Shown one piece after another: positions 8,615 through 17,234 of a stretch of 64,000 nucleotides of DNA (positions within the stretch are counted from its first letter, which is position 1; each line of letters opens with the position of its first letter). Source of the stretch: Candidatus Omnitrophota bacterium (GTDB lineage Bacteria; Omnitrophota; Gorgyraeia; Gygaellales; Profunditerraquicolaceae); NCBI GenBank assembly GCA_041650835.1, contig JBAZKL010000001.1:15449-79448 (forward strand). Direction: 5' to 3'. A program made the translations under genes and the position numbers. Below the pieces are notes generated by a model that ran no database searches, was not told where the DNA came from, and was given only the letters and a program-made list of their open reading frames with translations.

Positions 8615-9934
8615 TTAGAACGAAGATTTCCTGTGCCGGGGGCGGCGTTGCCGCTGTCCTTGATGGCTATAAGAGGAACTGCGGCCAAAGGCACGGCCGG
8701 GGTTGCGGCCGCGGTTGTGGCCGGGCGGACGGCGTCTCTCATCTTCAGAGCCGGACTCGCTGAATTCCTGAAGAGAAAGCTCCTTATTCTTTGAGATCGG
8801 CAAAGTAGTCTTAATCAGTTTCTCGATATCGCGAACATCACGGCTTTGGTCAGGCGTAGCAAAAGAAATCGCGTGCCCCTTATGCCCTGCCCTTGCGGTA
8901 CGGCCGATACGATGCACATAATTATCCGCGTCTTCAGGAAGGTCGTAATTAATGACCAGTTCGATCCCGGTAACATCAATTCCTCTGGCGGCAATATCAG
9001 TAGCAACAAGCACCCGGTATCTGCCCGTTTTAAAGCCTTCCAACGCTTCACGGCGCTGAGGAAGAGACCTATTAGAATGTATTTCGGCAGACCTGTATCC
9101 CATCGCCCTGATAGCTGATGCGATCTTCTTAGCATTATGCTTAGTGCGGGAAAATAAGAGGACCGTCCCGTGGTACTGCGCTAATATTTTTCCTAAAAGC
9201 AGCTGCTTGGCGTCTTTTTTGACAATAAAAACTTCTTGGGTAACTCGTTCCGCGAGAGTCCCGGAAGGCGCGATCTCAACGCAAACAGGAAGCTTCATAT
9301 AACGAGAGGTCAAAGCCATTATTTCCTTAGGGATAGTGGCTGAAAAAAGCATGGTTTGCCGTTCTTGAGGCAAATTACGCAGGATTTTCTCGATTTGAGG
9401 AGCAAACCCCATATCCAGCATCCGGTCAGCTTCATCAAGTACCAGCATCACAACATCTTCTAATATTACATTCCACTGGCTCGCATGATCAAGAAGCCTG
9501 CCTGGAGTAGCAATAACCACACGGGGATTTTTACGCAAAGCCTGCACCTGGTCCTGCATCGAAGCCCCGCCGATAAGACAGGCGGTTTTCATCCCGAAGG
9601 AATGCGCGACTCCCTGAAATGCCTCATCTATCTGAATTGCCAGCTCCCGGGTAGGAGCTAAGACCAACCCTATACCCTTTTTCTGAGCGAGGTTTTGGAC
9701 CATAGGGATCGCGAAAGAATGCGTTTTTCCTGTCCCGGTCTGAGCGATACCAATAAGGTCTTTACCTTCTATCGCTAAAGGGATCGCTTTCAATTGGATC
9801 GGTGTCGGAATCTTAAATTTTATGCGTTCTAGAAAATCAAGGATCTTTGGCGCAATACCAAGGCCGTAGAACCCATCATTTGGTTGGTTCGGGATTTGAG
9901 TTACATTAGCTGGATTATTCGTTCTGTGTGGCAT
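8615..9934 (-). CDS. DEAD-box ATP-dependent RNA helicase (RhlE-like) with Arg/Gly-rich C-terminal tail
   Basis: Q-motif, AQTGTGKT, PTRELA, DEAD, SAT, HRIGRTARAG; tail RRRPPGHNRGRNPGRAFGRSSSYSHQGQRQRRPRHRK. Confidence 0.9.
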   Translation of the reverse strand: MPHRTNNPANVTQIPNQPNDGFYGLGIAPKILDFLERIKFKIPTPIQLKAIPLAIEGKDLIGIAQTGTGKTHSFAIPMVQNLAQKKGIGLVLAPTRELAIQIDEAFQGVAHSFGMKTACLIGGASMQDQVQALRKNPRVVIATPGRLLDHASQWNVILEDVVMLVLDEADRMLDMGFAPQIEKILRNLPQERQTMLFSATIPKEIMALTSRYMKLPVCVEIAPSGTLAERVTQEVFIVKKDAKQLLLGKILAQYHGTVLLFSRTKHNAKKIASAIRAMGYRSAEIHSNRSLPQRREALEGFKTGRYRVLVATDIAARGIDVTGIELVINYDLPEDADNYVHRIGRTARAGHKGHAISFATPDQSRDVRDIEKLIKTTLPISKNKELSLQEFSESGSEDERRRPPGHNRGRNPGRAFGRSSSYSHQGQRQRRPRHRKSSF

Positions 9935-9980
9935 TTCTTACACCTACCTGTCTTCTATAAATTATGTTTACACAACTACA

Positions 9981-10018
9981 AAAAAAAAACCGCAAAGGTT
10001 AGTTGTCTTCCTTTACGG
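9981..10018 (-). terminator. Rho-independent terminator after korB
   Basis: Stem CCGCAAAGG/CCTTTACGG with 12-nt loop followed on minus strand by U9. Confidence 0.6.
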
Positions 10019-10100
10019 TTTAAGCATTACTAATCTTCATCACGATTATTAAGTATACCATAATATCTGAATTTGTCAAACACAATCTTTACTCTCCCCT

Positions 10101-10952
10101 TTATACCGCTTGAGCGAGAAAATCGCTTATTTTCTCATCAACCTGTTTCTGTGAGCCCGGAGATTTCAAAAAATGATCCTCAAAACAAGGAGCTTCTTTT
10201 TTATAAAAGACCCCCAGAGCAATTCGCGCGTCACGGTCATAGTCCCATTCCCTGATCTTAGCCTCCGCGAGGCTTCGGTCGAACGGATCATGACCAGCCA
10301 ATTCATACACCCGTTTATCGTAATATTCATACATATTATAATAAGTGACGCAGACTTGCAGCACATCGATCAGGGAAAACCCCTTATGGAGAATAGCTTC
10401 TTTAAAGATCTTTTTGAGTAAATCCAGGCCATGGGATGTCCCCCGCGCAAGAAACGTCGCGCCGCAGGCAAGCATCACCTCAAGAGGATTTAACGGATGT
10501 TCCCGTGTGCCAAACGGCGTTGAACGGCCCTTATAGCCTAAAGGTGAAGTAGGCGTATATTGGCCGGTCGTCAAGCCATACACGCGGTTATTATGGATTA
10601 TCATGGTTATATCTATGTTCCTTTTGGCGGCAAAGATCAAATGCTCCATGCCTTCACCATAGGCGTCGCCGTCACCGGCAAACCCGATAACCTTCATCCC
10701 GGGACGGGCGATCTTAATGGCTTCCGCGGGAGGGACCACGCGCCCATGAAGAGAATAAAAGCTATTTACATTAATATAATCGGCGATCTTGGCGTGGCAG
10801 CCGATCCCGGAAACTATAACGATGTCTTCTAAAGCGAGGCCCTCTTCTACTAACGATTTCAAAACCATTTTTATCGCGGAAAGAATGGCAAAATTTCCGC
10901 ATCCCGGGCACCAGGTATTGACTGCCTGCGTGTTTAAATTAATATCGTTCAT
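10101..10952 (-). CDS. korB: 2-oxoacid:ferredoxin oxidoreductase beta subunit (TPP-binding)
   Basis: WCPGCGNF N-terminus, TPP motif GFAGDGDAYGEG; ATGA overlap with alpha subunit. Confidence 0.8.
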   Translation of the reverse strand: MNDINLNTQAVNTWCPGCGNFAILSAIKMVLKSLVEEGLALEDIVIVSGIGCHAKIADYINVNSFYSLHGRVVPPAEAIKIARPGMKVIGFAGDGDAYGEGMEHLIFAAKRNIDITMIIHNNRVYGLTTGQYTPTSPLGYKGRSTPFGTREHPLNPLEVMLACGATFLARGTSHGLDLLKKIFKEAILHKGFSLIDVLQVCVTYYNMYEYYDKRVYELAGHDPFDRSLAEAKIREWDYDRDARIALGVFYKKEAPCFEDHFLKSPGSQKQVDEKISDFLAQAV

Positions 10953-12601
10953 AGCAATTCCTTTCGCACTCGAGCTTCCAGTTCATCAACGGAAAACGGC
11001 CTGCCGTCAGACCTCAAGATCATTTTCTTTATCGAAACCCCATAACGCGACATAAGGCCGGCGAGCTGGCCTGTCGCGTTATTTTCAACACAAATCACTT
11101 CCTTGGCTCCCCGCAGGCTTTTCTTTACCTGATTTAAGGGAAATGGCGACATAACCGCTATCTGCACGACTTTTAAACCCAACGACTGCGCTACTTCACA
11201 ACAAGCCCCCTTATTCGACCCCCAGCACAAAAGGGTTCGTGAGGCTTTTGGGTCTCCATAGACTTTCACCGTTTCATACAACTTCAATTCTTCTGCCAGG
11301 TGAATTCCTTTACGCAGCCTTTTTGCCTGCATCAAAGAACTTATTACAGGATCTTCCGTAGTGATCCCGGATTCATCATGTTCATAGCTGGTAACTTTAA
11401 CGACCGTATCTTTTTCCGGGGCAAAAGCTAACGGAGAAACTCCGGTCTCTGAATTTAAATATCTTTTATAAGGAAAGGCCTTATCCCTGAGCGGCAACAG
11501 CTCTTTAAGGATTTCCGGGACCGCTTGCATATCAAAGCTAAACGCCCCTTCCGCCAAAGTCTTATCGACCAAAACAATCGCCGGGACCTGATACTTCCAC
11601 GCCAGCTGCAAAGAAACAGCCGACCAATAATATGCTTCTTCAGCATCAGCCGGGGCGGCTACTAAACGGGGGAATTCCCCCTGCCCGGCATATAAGACAA
11701 AATTCAGTTCAGTTTGCGAGGTATACGTCGGCAACCCTGTGCTCGGGCCCGGACGCTGGCCCATAATAATGGCCACCGGCAATTCAGCCATGCCCGCAAA
11801 GCTTAAACCTTCGGTCATCAAACAAAAGCCCCCCCCTGATGTCGACACCGCAGTCTTTTCTCCGGCGTAGGCAAAGCCGAGCGCCATAAGGACCACCCCT
11901 ATTTCACTTTCAGGATGGATCACCTTGATACCGGTATCCTGCGCCATAGAAGCTAGAAAATGCAAAACCCCCGATGTCGGGGTCATAGGATACGCGACAA
12001 AATTACGCAGTCCCCCCTTCATAAGCCCGAGGCCGACCGCTTCATTACCGGTAATGATCGGCGCTTTCAGGGAAGTCAACGGCGGGATCACCGCTCGCGT
12101 TTCAACCGCGCCATAACCACGCTTGGCTACTTTCAGGTTAATATCGGGATCTTTTTCTATGTTTTTCTTAAAAACATTTTCGAGGATCTCCCAAGGGATC
12201 CCGGCAGCTTTACAAAACCCGCCGATGACGCATGAATTACGCATAATTTCCGAGGCATTTTCTTCCTTTAATATCTCAGCGACGCCGATACCCTGGCCCC
12301 CTGACCGCGCGGCGGATGCGTCATATACGATATTCCCGTTCTCTTTCAATCTGCCCTTATGCAGCTCAACCGTCTCCTGGTTAAGCGCCAGGAGAAAATC
12401 AATCCCTTCCTTATGGCAGGAAATCTTGCTTCCTGAAGCCCTGACAAGCGAATAGGTATGGCCGCCCCGGATAAGCGAAGGGTAATCGCGGTATACATAA
12501 ATATAATATCCCAGCTGATTTAACAGCCGGGCGATGAGAGAACCTGCTTTATCGATACCAAAACCTGCTTTCCCTCCGACAAGAATAGATAAGTCATTCA
12601 T
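10949..12601 (-). CDS. korA: 2-oxoacid:ferredoxin oxidoreductase alpha subunit with N-terminally fused gamma domain
   Basis: N-terminal gamma-type GGKAGFGIDKAGSLIARLL then alpha domain FVAYPMTPTSGVLHFLA...GGGFCLMTEGLSFAGMAELP; 550 aa. Confidence 0.8.
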   Translation of the reverse strand: MNDLSILVGGKAGFGIDKAGSLIARLLNQLGYYIYVYRDYPSLIRGGHTYSLVRASGSKISCHKEGIDFLLALNQETVELHKGRLKENGNIVYDASAARSGGQGIGVAEILKEENASEIMRNSCVIGGFCKAAGIPWEILENVFKKNIEKDPDINLKVAKRGYGAVETRAVIPPLTSLKAPIITGNEAVGLGLMKGGLRNFVAYPMTPTSGVLHFLASMAQDTGIKVIHPESEIGVVLMALGFAYAGEKTAVSTSGGGFCLMTEGLSFAGMAELPVAIIMGQRPGPSTGLPTYTSQTELNFVLYAGQGEFPRLVAAPADAEEAYYWSAVSLQLAWKYQVPAIVLVDKTLAEGAFSFDMQAVPEILKELLPLRDKAFPYKRYLNSETGVSPLAFAPEKDTVVKVTSYEHDESGITTEDPVISSLMQAKRLRKGIHLAEELKLYETVKVYGDPKASRTLLCWGSNKGACCEVAQSLGLKVVQIAVMSPFPLNQVKKSLRGAKEVICVENNATGQLAGLMSRYGVSIKKMILRSDGRPFSVDELEARVRKELL

Positions 12602-12633
12602 AGCGTTTTTAAAGATTCTCCCCTTTTAAGCGG

Positions 12634-12678
12634 TAAAAAAACAACAAAGGAGCCTTCTGTTTTCATCACAGAAGGCTC
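12634..12678 (-). terminator. Rho-independent terminator after rhodanese gene
   Basis: Perfect 11-bp stem GAGCCTTCTGT/ACAGAAGGCTC, 7-nt loop, followed on minus strand by CUUUGUUGUUUUUUU. Confidence 0.6.
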
Positions 12679-12857
12679 GAGGAAACTCCCCATCGTTTAC
12701 CGCGATTTTTTCCTCGGGGAGGCTTTCTTTCCCTTTTTCGACTCACAACACATGATAGACATTCCTTCCCACGGGTCGAAAAAGCTTATCGGGTAACACC
12801 TTTGACCCTGACGTTCAGTAGCCGTTCTTCTCATATGTCATCACCTCCTAAAAAAAC

Positions 12858-13229
12858 CTAGCACATCATACATTCCGCGCAAACATCCTGATCAACTTCA
12901 TGCAACTTACCCTCTAAAGCCAGATTCGCTTCTTTATAATCTTTCAAGCCCCCCTTATAATCCAGAACAGCCTGATACCCCATCAAAAGCAATTTTTCAG
13001 CTGCTTTTGTGCTTGCCGAACAATCAAAGCTGCCGCAATACGTAACTATAGTCTCGGTTTTCTTAAGCAAGCCGGCAGCTTTCAACTCTATGTCATTTAA
13101 GGGTATTGAAAGAGCGCCTTTTATATGCTCATTTTCAAAGCTTTCCCGGGGCAGGACATCAACCAGCTTAAAAGCGACCTTTGAATCCATCATCCTTAGC
13201 AATTCATCCCTCGAAATTTGTCTGACCAT
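12858..13229 (-). CDS. rhodanese-domain sulfurtransferase with C-terminal CxxCxxC tail
   Basis: Rhodanese fold with Cys loop VTYCGSFDCSAST; C-terminus DQDVCAECMMC. Confidence 0.7.
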   Translation of the reverse strand: MVRQISRDELLRMMDSKVAFKLVDVLPRESFENEHIKGALSIPLNDIELKAAGLLKKTETIVTYCGSFDCSASTKAAEKLLLMGYQAVLDYKGGLKDYKEANLALEGKLHEVDQDVCAECMMC

Positions 13230-13281
13230 AGCGGCCTCCTTTCTTTTTCTTATAATTAGATGCCCGAAGAAAAAGAAAGTT

Positions 13282-14085
13282 TCATTTTTCCTTGTCCTTT
13301 GATAAAAACGACTCGATTTTAGTTCGCAGGGCCGCAGGGATATCCCCGCATTCCAGCGCTTTCATGATCGTCAACGACCTGCCGTATTCCTTTAAGAACC
13401 CGGAGCACTCAGGACAATCCCGCGTGTGTTCGTTAAACGACGCGTGACGCTTATCATCAAAGCTGTCTTGCACGAAATCATAGATAAAGCTCATCCAAAT
13501 CCCGCATTGAGGCTTTCCGTTTCCTTTCCCTTGCTTCTGCAGCCGGTCTTCAAAATAGCCGACAATTTCCGATTTAAGCATGGCATATGCGCGGTGCAGC
13601 CGGGTTTTTAAAGAATTAAGCTTGATACCGAGTATTTGCGCGCTTTCCAAAAGCGCTAAACCTTCAACTTTATGCAACAAGAGCGGCATTCGATATTTAA
13701 GCGGAAGCGACCTGACGGCGGCATCTATCCTGGATTTAAGTTCATCATCCAGTAAATGCTTATCGGGCAGCTTAGCCCAATTAACAAATAACCAGGAAGA
13801 ATTTCTCTCGCCTGAGCGCGAAAAGCTGCCCTGCAACTTTAATTGCCGGGATTTCTTTCTCACATACATTAACGATTCATTATACGCGATCTTATAGAGC
13901 CAGGTTGATACCTGGGAGTTACCCCGAAAGCTGTCTATATGCTTCAGTGCCTGGAGATATACGTTTTGCAGGATATCTTCGGCGTCATTGGGGTTACGCG
14001 AAATACTTATCGCAATGGCATAGATCATCCTTTTGTATTTCTTGAATAGGACCTCTATGCTTTCCCGCGGCTGCTGTGTTTCCAT
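13282..14085 (-). CDS. ECF-type RNA polymerase sigma factor fused to a C-terminal ZAS-like zinc-finger anti-sigma domain
   Basis: Sigma70 region 2 (DAEDILQNVYLQALKHIDSF...TWLYKIAYN) and region 4 (LPLKYRMPLLLHKVEGLALLESAQILGIKLNSLKTRLHRA), then ~90-aa extension with HxxxCxxC (FNEHTRDCPECSGF); no TM segment. Confidence 0.7.
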   Translation of the reverse strand: METQQPRESIEVLFKKYKRMIYAIAISISRNPNDAEDILQNVYLQALKHIDSFRGNSQVSTWLYKIAYNESLMYVRKKSRQLKLQGSFSRSGERNSSWLFVNWAKLPDKHLLDDELKSRIDAAVRSLPLKYRMPLLLHKVEGLALLESAQILGIKLNSLKTRLHRAYAMLKSEIVGYFEDRLQKQGKGNGKPQCGIWMSFIYDFVQDSFDDKRHASFNEHTRDCPECSGFLKEYGRSLTIMKALECGDIPAALRTKIESFLSKDKEK

Positions 14086-14123
14086 ATTATTATTTCCCTG
14101 AGCTGAAGCGATAAAGAAATACC

Positions 14124-14756
14124 TTACCTGAAAAACCCGAAAATTAAAGCAATAAACCAGAAAATAAGATCTTGCATAAACGAAATAACCGGATCCAAGA
14201 GACGAGTAAAAAGTAAGAAAACCAAAATAAAAAACCCGTAGGGCTCAATTCTTGAGAGTTGCTCTTGAACCTGCTGCGGCAGGAAGCTCATCAGGATCTT
14301 AGAACCGTCAAGCGGAGGTATGGGTATCAGATTAAAAGCACCCAAAATTATATTGATCCTGACCACGATCGGCAATAAAGTTGCAAGAACAAGGCTGTTA
14401 CGGGGGCCTTCAAACTGTAACACTACGAGCGCGATCATCGCGATAAGTATATTTGCCGCGCATCCTGCCAAAGACACGCTAAAAAGGGCGAAACGGGAAT
14501 GCTTTAAACGATCATAATCGACCGGCACCGGTTTTGCCCAGCCAAAACCTACTAAAAAAAGCATCAAAGCTCCTACAGGGTCAATATGAGATATGGGATT
14601 CAAAGTTAATCGGCCGTAACGCTTCGCAGTATCATCGCCAAAAAGATAGGCGACCGCACCATGAGCAACTTCATGCGCGATAATGGAATAGAGCAGCAAC
14701 ACAGATAGAATAAGGAATAAAATCGGATTGCTAAAAAGCAATGACAATAACCCCAC
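14124..14756 (-). CDS. M50-family site-2 protease-like membrane metalloprotease (minimal, no PDZ)
   Basis: HExxH (IAHEVAHGAVAY) in TM helix plus NLIPIPPLDG motif; GTG start preceded by AAGGAGGG; 210 aa. Confidence 0.75.
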   Translation of the reverse strand: MGLLSLLFSNPILFLILSVLLLYSIIAHEVAHGAVAYLFGDDTAKRYGRLTLNPISHIDPVGALMLFLVGFGWAKPVPVDYDRLKHSRFALFSVSLAGCAANILIAMIALVVLQFEGPRNSLVLATLLPIVVRINIILGAFNLIPIPPLDGSKILMSFLPQQVQEQLSRIEPYGFFILVFLLFTRLLDPVISFMQDLIFWFIALIFGFFR

Positions 14757-14784
14757 GCTTTACCCTCCTTTTTTATGAATCTTT

Positions 14785-14812
14785 ATTATACCTTAATTTT
14801 AAACATTGTTAA
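14785..14812 (-). promoter_or_regulatory. sigma70-like promoter for the M50 protease / sigma-ZAS operon
   Basis: On minus strand TTAACA-16 nt-TATAAT about 30 nt upstream of the SD/GTG start. Confidence 0.45.
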
Positions 14813-14820
14813 CCAGCTTC

Positions 14821-14963
14821 TTCCCCTTTTTATTGACTTTTTGCTTCTTTTATGCGTTTTCGCATAAAAGAAGCATCCCGAAGTTTGCGCAGAAAATGTT
14901 AGAAAATTAACCCGCTCCCCATTTAACAATTTTCTAACTTTTTCAAGCGCATAAACGAGGGAG
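14821..14963. repeat. Structured intergenic repeat element, copy 1 (two hairpins)
   Basis: Begins TTCCCCTTTTTATTGACTTTT. Perfect 14-bp inverted repeat GCTTCTTTTATGCG-TTTT-CGCATAAAAGAAGC, then second hairpin GCGCAGAAAATGTTAGAAAATT...AATTTTCTAACTTTTTCAAGCGC. ~110 nt are identical to 19264-19372. Confidence 0.7.
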
Positions 14964-14989
14964 TTACCTTAAAGCTTTATTGAGCGTAA

Positions 14990-15430
14990 CCCGGCGCTAT
15001 GAGCACCTTGGCATAAATGATTGCCAAGTGCGCGCCTTCTGCCCAGAAAGGGCGCACCCAGCATTCCTATAAGCTGGGGTGCTGCGGCGTGTTCTGCTTT
15101 CTGCCCAGCAAGGGCGCACCCAGCATTCCTATTAAGCTGGGGTGCTGACTTACACCCCGCGCTAATCGGTATTGCGCGGGTGTGTGTCTTTCTGACTTAC
15201 ACCCGGCGCTATGAGCACCTTGGTATAAATGATTACCAAGTGCGCGCCTTCTGCGCAGGAAGTTGCGCCGGCACCCCGCCTTATTGGACTGGCGGGGTAC
15301 GCCGCCTTCTGCGGCGTGTTCTGCTTTCTGCCTTACACCCGGCGCTATGAGGAAGTTGCGCCGGTGTGCCGCTTTCTGCCTTACACCCGGCGCTATGAGG
15401 AAGTTGCGCCGGTGTTCTGCTTTCTGCAGA
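14990..15430. repeat. Array of REP-like palindromic repeat units (at least three unit families, tandem and interleaved)
   Basis: CCCGGCGCTATGAGCACCTTGGCATAAATGATTGCCAAGTGCGCGCC occurs twice. GCGCACCCAGCATTCCTATTAAGCTGGGGTGCTG occurs twice. The 47-nt unit CTTTCTGCCTTACACCCGGCGCTATGAGGAAGTTGCGCCGGTG occurs twice in tandem. Each unit is a hairpin; unit composition is irregular, so not CRISPR. Confidence 0.7.
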
Positions 15431-15465
15431 AAAAAAAGCCCGGGACACTGTTAAATGTCCCGGGC
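15430..15465 (-). terminator. Rho-independent terminator after cspA
   Basis: GCCCGGGACA-loop-TGTCCCGGGC stem followed on minus strand by U8. Confidence 0.7.
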
Positions 15466-15482
15466 AATATTTTGGATTCAGA

Positions 15483-15683
15483 TTATAATTTGACTACGTT
15501 TGTAGCCTGTTCGCCTTTAGGGCCCTTTTCGATCTGAAACTCGACCTGAGCACCCTCATCTAAAGACTTGTAACCTTCCCCCTGAATTGCGCTGTGATGT
15601 ACGAATACATCGCTGCCATTCTCAGGAGTGATAAATCCATAACCTTTTTGGTTATTGAACCATTTCACTATTCCTTTTGCCAT
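15483..15683 (-). CDS. cspA: cold-shock protein (CspA family)
   Basis: [18 protein letters not shown]...FVHHSAI RNP motifs, 66 aa; ~80-nt AT-rich 5' leader. Confidence 0.9.
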   Translation of the reverse strand: MAKGIVKWFNNQKGYGFITPENGSDVFVHHSAIQGEGYKSLDEGAQVEFQIEKGPKGEQATNVVKL

Positions 15684-15733
15684 TACTTACTACCTCCTTT
15701 CCGTCTAAAATTATAGTAAATAATGACAAGACT

Positions 15734-15769
15734 TAAAAAAAAACGCAAGGTTAGTACTCTAATCCTTGC
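15734..15769 (-). terminator. Rho-independent terminator after CpaF-type ATPase gene
   Basis: CGCAAGG-13 nt loop-CCTTGCG followed on minus strand by U9. Confidence 0.55.
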
Positions 15770-15843
15770 GGCTTAAGACTTCTAATCTGTTATTTACTAC
15801 AAAAGTAAGTATAACACTTATTTCATATTTGTCAATATATATT

Positions 15844-17199
15844 TTAAACAAATTTTTTGTCTTGCGCGTACGGCTTAATTTCCTCGAATGCCTGCCGCGG
15901 GTCTTTAATATACCACTCACAATACTTCGCTACATCTTTTATGCCCCTGATGCCGGCTTTACACAAGCCATCGATAAAACGCCTCCTCATCTCGATCTCT
16001 TCAAGGATCTCTCTGCCGCTTAAACCGCTTGACCTGCTGAGCTTGTCCCGGTAGACGGATGTCGGCGACAACTTCTTAAATCTTTCCGAAGCAATATCAA
16101 AACCCCACAAAGGAGAGATGAGGACCGTCTTCTGCTCCAAACCCGCCGTCTCCGCGATCGCCTCCACCACACGGTGGATCCGGTTATTCACGTTGATCTT
16201 TCTCATCACAACGAAACAATCGAACAAATTCACTAATGTTTCCGAAATATTCATAGGATTGCTTTGCAGCCGAAGGATCGTTTCCCTGACACTGCTGGCA
16301 TGAATAGTTGCCATGCAATATTTACCGATATTCATCGCCGTTGCCAGGTCCTGAGCCTCACTACCTCTGACTTCACCGATAATGATACGATCCGGCCTCA
16401 TGCGCAAACTATTCTTAACCAGGTCCGCCAAAGAAAGATCATCATCGCTTTCAAGGCGTGAAACATTACCGATCCAATCGGTCAAAAGCTCATAGGTATC
16501 TTCTATAACTACGACATGCTGATCAGTCGGGATAAAGCTCAAAAGCGCGTTCAAAAGCGTAGTCTTGCCGCTTCCCGGGCCTCCGGAAATGACCAAATTA
16601 GTCGGATAAACCTTCGCGCCTTCAATGTAAAGCCACAACAAAGCCGCCATCTCCGAAGTTAAGGTCGCTTCTTCGATAAGCTCAACAATACTTAAAGGAT
16701 TGGCCTTGATTATCGTGATCGTCAAATCCGGCCCCCGTGGCGAGTAAACGATATTCACCCTTCCCCGCATCCCGGGCAAATCGACATTGCTGATCTTCTT
16801 CGACATATCATTCCCGGAGTAAATCGCTATTTTCTTGATCAAAAGCTCCAACTCCTGCAGGGTTTCAAAATGGATATCGGTCTCTTTCAGGCCGTCCTTG
16901 GCATGGTGCACATAGACGGGGCCGGTAGCGTTAATAATGATATCTTCGACCTCAGGGTCATCCAGCAAAGGCGTTATGATACCGTAACTTTGCACGCCTG
17001 ACAGCATGTCGACCTTATTCTTCTCATCACGCAAATAACTCAATTTCTCTTCACATTCCTTATCGCCCAGCGCGTTACAAAAATCACAAAAAGCATCCAA
17101 TATGATCTTTTGTTTTTCCGCGGCAGGCTGAGAAAAAGTGATCTTACTTTTTACCTTATTAAGGAACTCCTCTTCTAATTTTATCCTTGCGTCATCCAT
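15844..17199 (-). CDS. CpaF/TadA/VirB11-type secretion ATPase (T2SS-E family), orphan
   Basis: Walker A ISGGPGSGKTTLLNAL, Asp/His boxes, RPDRIIIGEVRGSEA, N-terminal T2SSE-N-like domain; no platform or pilin genes adjacent. Confidence 0.75.
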   Translation of the reverse strand: MDDARIKLEEEFLNKVKSKITFSQPAAEKQKIILDAFCDFCNALGDKECEEKLSYLRDEKNKVDMLSGVQSYGIITPLLDDPEVEDIIINATGPVYVHHAKDGLKETDIHFETLQELELLIKKIAIYSGNDMSKKISNVDLPGMRGRVNIVYSPRGPDLTITIIKANPLSIVELIEEATLTSEMAALLWLYIEGAKVYPTNLVISGGPGSGKTTLLNALLSFIPTDQHVVVIEDTYELLTDWIGNVSRLESDDDLSLADLVKNSLRMRPDRIIIGEVRGSEAQDLATAMNIGKYCMATIHASSVRETILRLQSNPMNISETLVNLFDCFVVMRKINVNNRIHRVVEAIAETAGLEQKTVLISPLWGFDIASERFKKLSPTSVYRDKLSRSSGLSGREILEEIEMRRRFIDGLCKAGIRGIKDVAKYCEWYIKDPRQAFEEIKPYAQDKKFV

Positions 17200-17234
17200 A
17201 TATTCTTCTTTCAGAACGTGATTTCCAAGCTCAC

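Noticed and set aside
14990-15430. Possible CRISPR array
   Set aside because: Repeat units belong to several different families, have irregular spacing and no unique equal-length spacers, and there are no cas genes in the window.
15021-15537. Three tracked plus-strand ORFs (109, 102 and 63 aa) with Ala/Cys/Pro-rich translations
   Set aside because: They lie entirely within the palindromic REP-like array. Their composition is an artefact of translating GC-rich hairpin repeats. No SD, and they overlap each other.
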